Shown here: in pieces, positions 38,870 through 52,045 of the stretch
Layout of the letters: each line of letters starts with the position of its first letter
How positions within the stretch are numbered: position 1 is the stretch's first letter
Assembly: GCF_004010195.1 (NCBI RefSeq)
Contig: NC_057718.1
Location: 45,300,717 to 45,364,716 of the forward strand
Length of the DNA stretch: 64,000 nt
From: Chiloscyllium plagiosum
Lineage: Eukaryota
Direction: 5' to 3'
Program-made: the position numbers and the translations under genes
Notes under the pieces: generated by a model
Databases searched by the model: none
Told to the model about the DNA's origin: nothing
What the model saw: the letters and a program-made list of their open reading frames with translations, nothing else

Positions 38870-40520
38870 AGAAGGAACAGACTTCACAAGTAGTCCCCAT
38901 TCATCAGTGATGGAGGAACCCTGTGTCAGCTCAAAAGATGAGATGAGATTCAATTTATTTACATCCACCTTCAGCAAGTATGCTGAGTGGATGATCCATC
39001 TCCGTCTCCTCCTGAGGTCAATTGCCTCAGAGGCCAGTCTTTAATCAATTTGATGCATGCCATGTGACATCAAGGAAAAGCTGAGGGCACTAAATACTTG
39101 AAGGGTACATGTCTTGACAACATTCTGGCAATTGCGCTCAAAATGTGTATGGCAGACGTGCTTCTAGCCAAACTTTGTTTTTAACCTAAAGCCCAACACC
39201 TATCTGGGAATGTGGAAAATTGCCTGACTTGTCCACAAAAAGTGGGATAAATCCGACCTGACCAATCACTGTTCTGTCTCTCGATCATCTGCAAAGTGAT
39301 AGAAGAATATGCCAACAGTGCAATCTAGCTGTACTTGCTCAGGAATAACCTGCTCATTGATGTTAATTTAGGTTCCAGCAGGGCCACTCAGCTCCTGGCC
39401 TCATTACAGTTTGGTCCAAGTCTTGACAATTTGAAAGCAAGACAATATTTGAGTGAGTTTGACATAGAGGAGCTCTAGAAAAACTGGAATCAATGGGAAT
39501 TGAAGGGAAAATTCTCTTTTGGTTGGTCTCCTATCTGACCAAAGAAAGATAGTTATTGTTGAAGTTAGTTATCTCAGCTCTAGGGCAGCTCTGCAAGAAT
39601 TCCACAGGGCAGTGTTCTCGGCCCAACTATCTTCAACTGCTTTATCAGTGACCTTCCCTCCATCATAAGGTCAGACTTTGGGATGTTCCCTGATAATTGT
39701 AGAATATACAGCATCATTCATGACTCCTTAGCTACTGAAGCAGTTATGTCCAATTGCAGCAAGATCTGAACAACATCCAGGCTTGGGGTGATTAAATGGC
39801 AAGTAGCTACATATTTTCCAGGTAATGGCCATCTCCAGAAAGAGAACCCAACAATTGTCCTTGGTTGCTAAATATTCCAGGATCGGCATCTTGAGGATTT
39901 CCATTGATCAGGAGAACTGAATTGAGCCAGCCATGTAAACAGTGGTTGTATGAGATGATGGCCTGTCCATCATCTGCAGAGTTCAAGTGTGCTGGAAAAC
40001 TCTCAATGTACCTGGATGGATGTAGCTGTAAAAGCACTCCAGAAACTCAGCACTATTTATGACACAGCAACCTCACCCCCTATTTCCCCCCCCCCCCCCT
40101 CACCAAACTGATTGGCATCCCATCCAACATGATTGGCATCATCGACACAGTGGCAGCAGTGTGTGCAAGCAAAAGGTTGCAGAGCAGTAACTCATCAAGA
40201 CAAATTTGTCAGCACCTTCCAATTCTGTCAGCTCCGACCTAGAAGGGCAACAGATAAATGACAACAGTGCCACCTATGAGTTCACTTCCAAGCCTCCTAC
40301 TGCCTTGACTTGGAACTTTATTGCTGTTTCTTCACTGTTGTTGGGTCAAAATCCTGGAACTGCCTTCTTAATAGCACTTTATGTATCTCTACACTGTAAG
40401 GATGGCAGTGGTTTAAGAAGCTGACTGTCCATCTGTCTCTGTCTGTCTCTGTCTCTCTCTGTGTCTCTTGAGCAGTTAGAAATGAGCAACAGCTGCTGGC
40501 TTAGCTGGTGAAACCAAGTT
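38870..40520 (+). mobile_element. Old CR1/L2-group LINE RT and 3' end (same family as 35650-37217)
   Basis: PQGSVLGPTIFNCFISDLPS (39600-39660) RT motif; degraded MFPD for the catalytic motif. Confidence 0.8.
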
Positions 40521-41018
40521 CTTTTGAACAATAAAAAGCTATCTTGTCTTATTGAGACATCACTACAATATTAGTGAATATTCTTCCCCCTCAAAAGCTG
40601 ACCTCCAGTGACTTTCCCTGATTGCTGTTGCCAATTTATACTGCCCTGCGATTGATTTGGGGTGAGACAAACATCTTCGAGTGCTGAAGTGCCCTGATAA
40701 TTCTCCAAACTGACTGTTAAGTGCATTAAATTCTACACCTGATTCAAAAAGTGCTCAAGAAATGAATTCTCCGGAATTGATTACCTTTTCTGAAAGCAAC
40801 CTGTACTTGTTCGTAAACTATCTTATGGCACACGTATGTATTGAGTTTATATGTTCATTATGAAAGAAAGATCTATTTTCATTGCAAGAATTGGATTTCC
40901 CTGTATTAAGATGAGTCTTGTAGATGTTTCAATATTCTTTGTTTCTAGCTTTAACATTATGTTCAAAACTGCCCTTTCAAACATGATTCTAACCTTATCC
41001 CAATCTTGTTGTTCACAG

Positions 41019-41154
41019 GAAGTCTGAAATATTTAAATGTCACCAGGAAAGGGGTAGCTGTTTTCACCCTCAGCAGGACAGGAGCTGTGAGACAACAGGC
41101 AAACAGTTTGAAGGATTCCATTCTGGGAGAGGCAGTTTTGGAGGCTAGTGAGCC
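41019..41154 (+). other. PTPN14: Putative 5' UTR portion of the PTPN14 first coding exon
   Basis: Branch-point-like CTAAC at 40989-40993, then pyrimidine-rich TCTTGTTGTTCACAG|G acceptor ending at 41018. Confidence 0.7.
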
Positions 41155-41328
41155 ATGCCTTTCAGGCTGAAATTGAGGAGGACCAGACGGTACAATGTTC
41201 TGAGCAAGAACTGCTTTGTGACACGCATACAGCTGCTGGATAGCAGTGTCATTGAATGCACGTTCTCCATGGAGAGTACTGGACAGGAATGCTTGGAGGC
41301 AGTGTCTCAACGGTTGGAGTTGCGTGAG
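41155..41328 (+). CDS. PTPN14: PTPN14 (FERM-domain non-receptor tyrosine phosphatase) first coding exon, 58 codons, phase-0 end
   Basis: Translates [58 protein letters not shown], near-identical to the PTPN14 N-terminus as I recall it ([35 protein letters not shown]...) and distinct from paralogue PTPN21 ([22 protein letters not shown]...). ATG context GCCATG; donor GAG|GTAGGT after 41328. Confidence 0.95.
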
Positions 41329-41697
41329 GTAGGTGAATTTAATGTGTGAATCATGTAATAATAAAACATAACTTTGTAATTCGTAAATAAAGGAACTCCT
41401 TGGAATTATACACCAGGCTTTTTCAGAACTTGATAAAATGTGAATGATGTGTCTGTCAGATGTAATGAATCATCATGTATGTCAATTCTATTTTGCATGA
41501 TGGTAATACAGTAATTTCTCAACATCAACACATTTGTAAGGGAAGTTTTTGCTTCTAAGGAGGAGAAATTTGAGTGAAGGTGTTGGGAGAGGAACTGCAA
41601 GCATAGAAGTAAAATATTAATTAGAAGTCTTGGTATTTGTATGCACCCAACTGTTTTTTTTTACTCATTCATTCTTCCAGTAAATATATTTCATATA

Positions 41698-41892
41698 ATC
41701 ATTGAATCCCCACAGTGCAGATAGAGGCTATTTGGCCCATTAGGTCTGCACTGACCCTCCAAAGAGCATCCCACTCAGACTCCCAACCTGTCTCCATAAC
41801 CCCACACTTACTATGGCACTTAGCCTGCACAACCCTGCATAGTACAGGGCAATTTAGCATGTCCAATCCAGCTAACTGCACATTTCTGGACT
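41698..41892 (-). mobile_element. HE1/V-type SINE 3' half
   Basis: Tail and GGGCAATTTAGCATG match the other copies. Confidence 0.75.
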
Positions 41893-42772
41893 CTGTTTAC
41901 TTTGATTTGTTTTATTATGGAATTATGTTTGACTTTTCAAATTTGTGCTGGATGCTAATTTACTACTATCCTGGATAACAATTATTGATATTTTTAGTCA
42001 ACCTGTTTAAGCATGTTGTAACATGTCTCCTGGAACAGTGGGACTTGAAAGCCAGACCTTTTGATCCAGCGCAAGGGAATTACCACTGCACCACAGGAGC
42101 GCTTGTTAAATAAGCATTCTATTTCTGGTTATTCTTAATCAACCTGTTCAGGCATCTGTCTAAGGCAGGTGGAACTTGTACCTGGATCTTTTGGCCCATG
42201 ATTAAAGTTTTGTCTGTAAGTCTCAGGCCAACTATATGCATTGAGAGTAGTCTTTTGTTTGCCATCCATAATCTGTGTCGCAGCCTCCTTGGAAAACAAA
42301 GCACAAACTTCTGTTCTCCCTACTTTTCATGACCAGCTCCAGTTAACTTTTGGCCACCTCATCTGTTTAACTTGGCAAAACAAGGTGAAAAATCATTTAA
42401 AGTCCCTTTTTTGTCAGACTTTTAGAGGTCTTGCACAAATTGATACAGTTTCCTGCTACGTTTTGGGTTGCCCTTACATTCTGCCCCATTAGGGAATGTT
42501 CTTGAGCTTAAGACATTCAGCTTTTTCTTTTTGAGCTTTCTAAGCAGGTATTCCCTTTCTCTTTCCTGCCTCGCTTCTTCGTTTTCCTTTCTCTTCCTTT
42601 CATAATTCCAATTTCAGCCTTTTAAGCACTTTCCTTTTTCTTTCCCCCATTCATTTCTCTTAAATTCTCTACTTTTTCCATATTTAAGGTTTTTAAATTT
42701 ATTTTTTCATTTTTTAATTCAAGCTCCTTCATCAGCAACTGAATTCTGTCTAATTTGATTCAATTTTCCTGT

Positions 42773-42949
42773 AGGCAAAAGTGAGGCCTGCAGATGCTGG
42801 AAATTAGAGTCAAGATGAGAGTGGTGCTGGAAATGTACAGCAGGTCAGGCAGCATCCTGATGAAGGGCTCCTGCCTGATACGTCGATTTTCCTGCTCCTC
42901 GGATGCTGCCTGACCTGCTGTACATTTCCAGCACCACTCTAATCTTGAC
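42773..42949. mobile_element. Palindromic PLE terminal-repeat insertion (family A)
   Basis: Inverted arms; flanking direct repeats TTGATTCAATTTTCCTGT and TTGACTCAATTTTCTTGT. Confidence 0.85.
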
Positions 42950-43109
42950 TCAATTTTCTTGTCCCTAGCCAATTTCAAATGCTATGTAAATATTCCAGTG
43001 TCTGCTTTCTTTACCTCTTTTTAAAATTCAAACTTCAACTAGTCTGCTAATGCTAATAGCTTAGCTTTGGTTACTTTTCATAAATCACTCCAGGATAGGT
43101 CTTCCATTC

Positions 43110-44085
43110 TCACAGAATCACAAAGTGTTTTACTTTCGAAGGAGGTTATTCAGCTTCTGTTTCTGCACTCTCCAGAGGAACACCATCACTTACTAACTTT
43201 TTTTGTTTTTTTCATACTCTTACACAGTGATTATTTAATGTGACCTAACCAAAGTGCTGTACAGTTCTCACATAACCTCCCTGTTTTTGTAAATTGTACA
43301 GCATGGACAAGGCCCCGCAAGGTTCTTCCGTTTCTCTGAGCTTTCCAGTGCCCTGCCATCCATTTGACTATTCCCTGTTCCTTCTTCCAAAATGCATCAC
43401 CTTATGCTTCAATGCTATGTGTCAGTTATCTGTTCATCTGACTTCAGATCAATCTGCCCCCATGCTTGTGTAACCTAAGGCCACTTGCTCACTTTCAACC
43501 ACCCAGCTAACTGTTGTGTCATCTACAAACTTGACACCTCTCTTTGCTTAATCCCCAACCCCATTAGTTTCTTCTATTTCATTTACACATATCACAATTA
43601 GAAATACTGTACACTGGACTCCTATCACACAAATAGCCTTCTATTAGCACACTCCATGTTCTACCACAAAAAGCCAATTTGGATCCAACTTGCTAAGTAC
43701 ACCAGATGTTATATGTTTTTACTTTCTTTTTCAGTCTCCTCTGTGGGGCCTTGTCAAAGGCTAATCTGAAATCCACATAAAATACTTCAACTTCATTTCT
43801 CTTATCTGCACACCTGCTCACCTCCCATTCAATTAAACATGTTCGGTGTGATCTCCCCCTGACAAAGCCATGCTTAGTTATCCCTGATCAAACCTTGCCT
43901 CTCCAAGTGGACATTAATTCTTTCCTTCAGTTTCCTTCACTAGTTTACCTACCAATGATGTGAGACACACGAGTCTGTAATTCCTGGTTAATCTCTACCG
44001 CCTGTTTTGAAAAGTGGAACCATCTTAGCTAACCACTAGTGCAATGGCACCTCCTCTGTGGTAAGAGAGTAATTAAAAATTATTA
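43110..44085 (-). mobile_element. Degraded CR1 RT region
   Basis: GCCTTGTCAAAGGCTAATCTGAAATCCACATA reads antisense YVDFRLAFDKA; TCATCTACAAA reads antisense FVDD. Confidence 0.75.
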
Positions 44086-44595
44086 AACATGAGGCCTTCA
44101 TAACAGTTGGTGTGCCTATCAGGAAGCTGATTTAAATGGTTTAAAACTAGCTATGAAAATCATGAGGTGAATCTATGGATTCAACCCTTGGTTGATATGA
44201 ACATTAAACAGAGGACCCTGTGGTGGATATTTGATGCAATGGTTAAAAGCAGAGTGATGAGTGGGCATAATGCAGAGGTGGATTGTGGTAGCAATAGGTT
44301 GAGGATAGTGGTGTGGTTGTCTCCACCAGTGGTGATCATGTTTTTAGTTACCGAGAGTTTAAACTTGGAACTTTCTGACTCTCTATCTTTGTTATCTACT
44401 TTCTTTAAAACCTACCCCTTTAATTAAGCTTTTTGACTGTGTGAAATTTTGATTTATAAAGCATCTGAGAGGTGCCTAACAATTAAAGGTGCTTTATTTT
44501 TACAAGTGTCCATGTTGAAGACAGATGAAAGGTCAGGAAGAGTCAGTGAGCCATGCCTCTTGGGCATGTGCTGTGACTGACGATTGCAGTTTTAA

Positions 44596-44812
44596 GGCAA
44601 AAGTGAGGACTGCAGATACTGGAGATCAGAGTCGAGATTAGAGTGGTGCTGGAAAAGCTCAGCAGGTCAGGCGGCATCTGAGAAGCAGGAAAATCGACGT
44701 TTTGGACAGCAACGTTTTCTGATGAAGGGCTTTTACCTGAAACGTTGATTTTCTTGCTCCTCAGATGTTGTCTGACCTGCTGTGCTTTTCTAGCACCACT
44801 CTAATCTTGACT
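44596..44812. mobile_element. Palindromic PLE terminal-repeat insertion (family A) with 14-bp TSD
   Basis: GATTGCAGTTTTAA at 44582-44595 and 44813-44826. Confidence 0.88.
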
Positions 44813-45177
44813 GATTGCAGTTTTAATGTGTGAGGTAGGCTGAAAAATTGATGAAATGTTGATGATAGATGCAAGTATTTTTCCAAATTAAAATACAAAT
44901 TTTCAATACTAAATCAGCTGTGTTTACAGATTGTGAGTAGGGTTTTTCCCATGCCTCACTGCTTATGTCAGTGTACACTTTTTGATTTGTGCTGTCTCTT
45001 CAACAAATAAGATTTTCTGATTGTGACATGGTCGCATTTTCTAATTTTAATAATCCTTTTGAATAGTTTTTAAAACATGTTTTATTTAAAGTTTTTCCCT
45101 CCGATCAGGAGAGTTTACTTTCAATAACCAGCAATTGAAACTATTTGTGCATTTATAACCATTAAAGTACATGGTCA

Positions 45178-45378
45178 AAGAGTGTAGTGCTAGAAAAGGC
45201 TCCGATGAGCAGGAGAATTGACGTTTCAAGCATAAGCTCTTTATCAGCATTCCTGATGATGGGCTTATGCTTGAAGCGTTGATTCTCCTGCTCATCAGAT
45301 GCTGCCTGATCGGCTGTGCTTTTCCAGCACCACACTCTCGACTCTGATCTCCAGCATCTGCAGTCCTCACTTCCTCCT
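45178..45378. mobile_element. Palindromic PLE terminal-repeat insertion (family A)
   Basis: Inverted arms around ~45250 with a full right terminus (...CTGCAGTCCTCACTTCCTCCT). Confidence 0.82.
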
Positions 45379-47204
45379 TAAAACTCATGGTGTCAGCATC
45401 CTGGTAATGGATCTGCTAATGTCTTCTCCGTAAAAACTGTTGACAAACATCATGTTGTGATATTTTACAAATGGTGGTGGCTTGAGAATGATTGATTGAT
45501 TATGATTTCCTTTTTTTCAACCTACCGTTGACCTTTCTTTAGACATCATGCTATTGGGTGCTCATAGACATTAAATCTCTCCCGAAAAGAGATTTTATGT
45601 AGTTGGCCTATTTAGATTGAATGTATCAAATGGAATGTTCCTAACAATAGCATCAGAATTTGAATTTGCAGTTATGCAAGATATATTAATATAGTAAAGC
45701 TGATTTTTGTCATTGCATATCTTGAACATAGTTATTATTGTAGTTTGTGGAAACATGATCTACCGAAATAAGCACATTTTTAGATACTTTACTCAAGAAC
45801 AAAATTTTGTTTGAAAGTTAATTTCTTGTGGTTATAAACACATAGACAATATAAATGGTGACTATATGTTCCTATAACTCAAATTTGCCAGAGGTAAGCT
45901 GATACTGCTAATTATTCATCACAGTTACACTTGGCCATAAACTGTCCATAGGCTTAATTTTTAACTAGAATTCTTTGATTATAAAGCTGTTTTAACACAG
46001 TACCCTCTACAGGAGATTTGATGTCAGTGCAAACAATCTACTGAACCAATCAGATTAATGAATCCTTGCAGAGGCAGACCCTCAAAACTGGGAAATGTAA
46101 ACTAAAATAGTTAACTCATTGCCAGGTTATGTGCAGAAAGTCAAAGGAAGAGATCGAAAAGAATGATGGGAGAGAAATAAAATATGCAAAGACTTGAAGC
46201 TTATTTCAACTCATTTATACAATTTTCTATCAATAATTAAAATGTGAAGGAATGAGACTCCGATAATTTTCCATCCAGAGAGTTTGCTTGTCAGAAATTC
46301 AGACTCCATTGTACTGCTAATATTTATTCATTCCAATGAATAACTCCCAACTTTTTCTGGTGAGTTCAGTTGTAAAGTTTTGCAACTTCACACTGTTTCA
46401 GTGCCAAGTCTCTCTGCGAGTTAAAAGTGTAAAAACGTGTGTGGAGAAGCAGGCTAACTCAAGACAGTGACTTCCTGATATCTGCATTTAATAATGCTTA
46501 GATAAATGAAGGAAGTTCCTGTCCAATTTATACTTTAATGAGTGCTAATAGTCTCACTGATATGTTTACCATGAAACCTGGACCATTGCTGTTTCCTTTC
46601 AAATTTTTATTTCAGTGAATGGAATCTACTTTTTTTTTTCTTATAGCTGATACAGATAAAGTAAACTTATATATAATCTTTTGTCTGACGACATCCTTCG
46701 GGAAAATGTTTTTGCTTTGGCTTTTTTTTAGAAGAGGTCATTAATATTTTTATCAACTGCAGTCACAGCACGCCCAGTGGATTCCTCAATATGTCCAGCG
46801 TTAACCGATTTATTGAGTAAGTAAACACAGTGTGGGGCTTGTTCATTATTGGAAATGCCCAAATTTAATCTTTTGTTGTGCTGAGTAACCTGACAACTGC
46901 CTGGTTGGAGTACATTTTGATCCAGTGTCATCTGTCAAGGAAAGAAATAATGCTTTGAGGTTGCCACTCTGGATCACTAGTGAATGGCATGTGCTGGGAA
47001 GTGCAGGCATAGTTATCAGGGTTGATTATGCTGTGATGCCCTTGGAGACAGACAGGTTCCAGCTACTCAACTAGCTATTAGGTGTAGTAGTGGGTAGGTG
47101 GTGGTCTGAAGGGTGGGCTCTCTGGGATCTTTTGAATTCTGTCCAGATGGGAGGAAGCAACTGGAGTTTTTCAAGAATAGGACGTGGATCTCCTGCTCAA
47201 TGCA

Positions 47205-47545
47205 AAGAATGAACTTGCATCAGTTTTTGTGATTTATTATGACCTCAAGACATCACAGGGCATTCCGTGTATATAAAATTACTCTATAACGTATTAGTCT
47301 GTATAGGCAAATGCAACAGTCAGTTTGCATGCACCACAAACAGTAAAGGAATGAGTGATGATTGAATTAAGACCAAGAAAGTAAATTGAGTTTGCTAGCC
47401 AGGACACAGGGAAGTATTCCAACTCTTTTGTTTAGATTGTGTTATTGGGTGTTTTTACATCTGACTGATCAGGCAGGAAGGATTTTGGTTTAATATGTGT
47501 TCTGAAAGATAAGAATCCAGACATTGCAGCATTTCTGCATTAATA
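47205..47545 (-). mobile_element. Degraded Deu-type SINE
   Basis: Antisense tail AAGAATGAACTTGCAT, GCCAGGACAC and body motifs shared with 17255-17490. Confidence 0.6.
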
Positions 47546-49629
47546 GACTGATGTGTTCATTCGACCGTTTGTTTAAATTCATGAATCCTTGATCATTTGA
47601 GTCATGGAGAAAATACCACTCTAGCACAGTTTCTAGAGAAGCAGGGCAGCTTAACAGCAGCTTCCTCAGTTCTGTGCTTAACTGTGATTTCTGTGGTTTC
47701 TGGAATTTGCTGTTCAACCTCACCTTAAGCTAGCATGGACACATTGAAATCAGTATTTTTGTGAAAAAAGCACTTCTTTCAACTATGTACTTTCTTCCCA
47801 TGCCAACCTATCCCCACTATCCATTCCACACCTGTCTAGCTGGAGGTCAATGATCAACACTTGGGAGTAGCATGGGACATAGTGCAGTAACTGAGGGGAA
47901 GTAGCCTTGAGGCCAGAAGTCAGTAACCTGAGCCCAATGAGCAGCCAGTGCCCAAGTCCACAGAGTAGTAAGGGTCAGTACCAAAGCACAGGAAATAACA
48001 AGCAATGAAAACCAGTAATTAGGACTAGAGAGTGACAAACGGTGATGACCAATACATGAGCTGAGGTTGCAATGAGAGACAAGTGCCAATATCTGCGCTA
48101 AGAGAACAACGAGAGGGCCAGTAACTTTGACTAGAGTGTGTCAAGAGCTAGAGCCCAACCAGTTCTGTGCTACGGTGTCAAACTATCTAAAAACCTATGC
48201 AGTGCAGAGTGCCAAGTATAATTCCTGTCCCGTTGTGGTATTTATAAATGTGGTTTTTTTCTCTTTTTCTCCAGCACTACAGTTGTGCAGTACACTCCCC
48301 AGTCTCTCAACCCTTGCCAATACAAGCACTTGGAAAGCCCATAGGATTTCAGCCACGGTTGTTGCTATGATCATTCTGTGGTTAACGAACAGCAGCCAGG
48401 ATTCAAATAGGTTTAGTGTCTGAATACTTTACTTTTCTCTCATACGGCAATGCCAGAATGCATTGTCATTGCACAGTACTCGATGCAGCAATGGAGCAGA
48501 ATACTAAAAGAAAATCAAACTGGCCGATACCCTTTCAGGATGGAATTTCCTGTGGGGAAGTATTCGGGAAACCACACCTGGAATTATTTATTTTGTCAAC
48601 TCAATTTGGCTGCCAATTCTATTAGACACACCTGAAAGGAATATTCAGCGTAAACAATTATGTGAGCCTTCACCAAATAAAAAATACTTCAGGCAATTGA
48701 TGGGAGTCAGATGATAATCATGAAACCATCTTGTTGTTCATAACTTTACAGTTTGAACTATATAATGAAATTAACGTTTAGACATTACAACCATGTATTT
48801 TAGTCAATTTAACAATGCAGACTTTGAATTTACTTGACTAACTTTAGTTAGATTCACTCAGCTTTTGCAATGGTTGATAGTGGTGACCAGGCACTCCATA
48901 CAGTCAACACACCATGGTATCCTTATAAGAGATTAGGATTAGAAGATATTCAGCTATAAACTCTCAGTAATTCACTCAGTGATTGCCAAGAGATACCATT
49001 TGTATCATGTAATTTCATCTATGTCAAGTACTATTTTCAGCCTGTAAACATTCTCGAGTTGCTCTACGCATTCCCAAAGGAGCTGCTGAAAGTTTTCTTC
49101 ACCAATTGCTTATTTGTTGAAAAAACACTCATTCTTGCCTTGAGGCAGTTAAATGTTTAACTGAGTAAGCTATCCAGTGTCAGAGTAATGGTCTTTTTTG
49201 CAATGATTAAATTGTAGTAATCATTCTGTTTAGCTGTTATTTCCCTTTTCTAATTCCATCTTGTGGCATTTGAGGTATTTGCTCCAGGCCTGTTTTCTTC
49301 AGGCAGGGGAGAAAGTGATCAGATTAGACCTCATTGTGATTGTGCATACAGCTCTGTTATGGATATTATTAACTGGGTGAATCTATTGTAGAAATTGATA
49401 AATCCTCCTCTAAGAAGTGACAAAGTGCACAGAATTCTCTTTACTGTGAAATTGTTGGCTTGGTCACTTGAAGAATCATAAGTTAAGGCGCCTGGGCTAT
49501 GAGGTTACTTAACCTTGCTTCAACAATTAAGTTATTAGTGATTTTTTTTCTGTTAGTTAACATGTGTATCAAGGAGAAAGTGAGGACTGCAGATGCTGGA
49601 GATCAGAGCTGAAAATGTGTTGCTGGAAA

Positions 49630-49751
49630 NNNNNNNNNNNNNNNNNNNNNNNNNNNNNNNNNNNNNNNNNNNNNNNNNNNNNNNNNNNNNNNNNNNNNNN
49701 NNNNNNNNNNNNNNNNNNNNNNNNNNNNNNNNNNNNNNNNNNNNNNNNNNN
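49630..49751. other. Assembly gap (N run)
   Basis: 122 Ns within the PLE. Confidence 1.
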
Positions 49752-51342
49752 CTTGTGGTTGGAGTGTTCCTAGGCGGAAGATGAGGCGCTCTTCCTCCAG
49801 CTGTTGTGTTGCTATGGTCTGGCGATGGAGGAGTCCAAGGACCTGCATGTCCTTGGTGGAGTGGGAGGGGGAGTTGAAGTGTTGAGCCACGGGGTGGTTG
49901 GGTTGGTTGGTCCGGGTGTCCCAGAGGTGTTCTCTGAAACATTCGCAAGTAGGCCGCCTGTCTCCCCAATATAGAGGAGGCCACATCAGACAAGGGAGGC
50001 GCGGTAGTAGTTTGGCGCACCGACCTTTACACCGCTGAGGCTAAACGCCAGCTCGCGGACACCTCCTCCTACTGGAGGGAAGTAAGGGGGGAGGTGTGGG
50101 TGCAAGTTTTGCATTTCTTGCGGTTGCAGGGGAAGGTGCCAGGAGTGGAGGTTGGGTTGGTGAGAGGTGTCGACCTGACAAGGAAGTCACGGAAGGAGGA
50201 AAATAAGGGGGGAGGTGTGGGCGCAAGTTTTGCATTTCTTGAGGTTGCAGGGGAAGGTTTCAGAAAAAATCTCTGGGACACCCGGACCAACCAATCCAAC
50301 CACCCCGTGGCTCAACACTTCAACTCCCCCTCCCACTCCACCAAGGACATGCAGGTCCTTGGACTCCTCCTACTGCCCCCTTGACCATGACCCCACCTCC
50401 CACCACCAAACCATCATCTCCCAGACCATCCATAACCTCATCACCTCAGGGGATCTCCCATCCACTGCCTCCAACCTCATAGTCCCACAACCCCGCACCG
50501 CCCATATCTACCTCCTGCCCAAAATCCACAAACCTGACTGCCCCGCCCGACCCATTGTCTCAGCCTGCTCCTGCCCCACCTAACACATCTCTGCATACCT
50601 CAACACAGTCCTGTCCCCCTTATTCCAAGAGCACCCCACCTACGCTTGGGACACCACCCACGCTCTCCGCCTCCTTCATGATTTTCGCTTCCCCGGGCCC
50701 CAATGCCTTATCTTTACCATGGACATCCAGTCCCTGTACACCTCCATCCCACATCACGAAGGACTCAAAGCCCTCCGCTTCTTCCTTTCCCGCCGTACCA
50801 ACCAGTATCCTTCCACTGACGCCCTCCTTTGACTGACTGAACTGGTCCTCACTCTGAACAACTTCTCTTTCCAATCCTCCCACTTCCTCCAAACGAAAGG
50901 ACCCGCATGGGCCCCAGGTATGCCTGCCTCTTCGTCGGATATGTGGAACAGTCCATCTTCCGCAGCTACACTGGCACCACCCCCCACCTTTTCCTCCGCT
51001 ACATCAATGACTGTATCGGCGCTGCCTCGTGCTCCCTCAAGGAGGTTGAACAGTTCATCCACTTTACCAACACCTTCCACCCCGACCTCAAATTTACCTG
51101 GACCGTGTCAGACTCCTCCCTCCCCTTCCTAGACGTCTCCATTTCTATCTCGGGCGACTGAATCAACACGGACATTTACTATGAACCAACCAACTCCCAC
51201 AGCTACCTAGACTACACCTCCTCCCACCCTGCCCCCTGTAAAAACCCCATCCCATATTCCCAATTCCTTCGTCTCCGCCGCATCTGCTCCCAGGAGGACC
51301 AGTTCCAATACCGAACAACCCAGATGGCCACCTTCTTCAAAG

Positions 51343-51929
51343 NNNNNNNNNNNNNNNNNNNNNNNNNNNNNNNNNNNNNNNNNNNNNNNNNNNNNNNNNN
51401 NNNNNNNNNNNNNNNNNNNNNNNNNNNNNNNNNNNNNNNNNNNNNNNNNNNNNNNNNNNNNNNNNNNNNNNNNNNNNNNNNNNNNNNNNNNNNNNNNNNN
51501 NNNNNNNNNNNNNNNNNNNNNNNNNNNNNNNNNNNNNNNNNNNNNNNNNNNNNNNNNNNNNNNNNNNNNNNNNNNNNNNNNNNNNNNNNNNNNNNNNNNN
51601 NNNNNNNNNNNNNNNNNNNNNNNNNNNNNNNNNNNNNNNNNNNNNNNNNNNNNNNNNNNNNNNNNNNNNNNNNNNNNNNNNNNNNNNNNNNNNNNNNNNN
51701 NNNNNNNNNNNNNNNNNNNNNNNNNNNNNNNNNNNNNNNNNNNNNNNNNNNNNNNNNNNNNNNNNNNNNNNNNNNNNNNNNNNNNNNNNNNNNNNNNNNN
51801 NNNNNNNNNNNNNNNNNNNNNNNNNNNNNNNNNNNNNNNNNNNNNNNNNNNNNNNNNNNNNNNNNNNNNNNNNNNNNNNNNNNNNNNNNNNNNNNNNNNN
51901 NNNNNNNNNNNNNNNNNNNNNNNNNNNNN
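51343..51929. other. Assembly gap (N run)
   Basis: 587 Ns within the PLE. Confidence 1.
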
Positions 51930-52017
51930 TAACCTCCTTCCACCTATCGCATTTCCAACGCCCCTCCCCCAAGTCCCTACCTTTTATCTTAGCCTGCTTG
52001 GCACACTCTCCTCATTC

Positions 52018-52045
52018 CTGAAGAAGGGCTCATGCCCGAAACGTC
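52018..52045 (+). ncRNA. Minimal hammerhead ribozyme motif (family A PLE)
   Basis: CUGAAGA-A-GGGC-UCAU-GCCC-GAAA-CG-UC; same core at 8509-8536 (+), 36651-36678 (+) and 36470-36497 (-). Confidence 0.6.

Noticed and set aside
41329..41349. ORF track extension VGEFNV* after the PTPN14 exon
   Set aside because: Intron read-through past the GAG|GTAGGT donor; similarity to PTPN14 ends at ELRE.
51212..51972. Long ORFs of 202-243 aa
   Set aside because: Artefacts of N runs.
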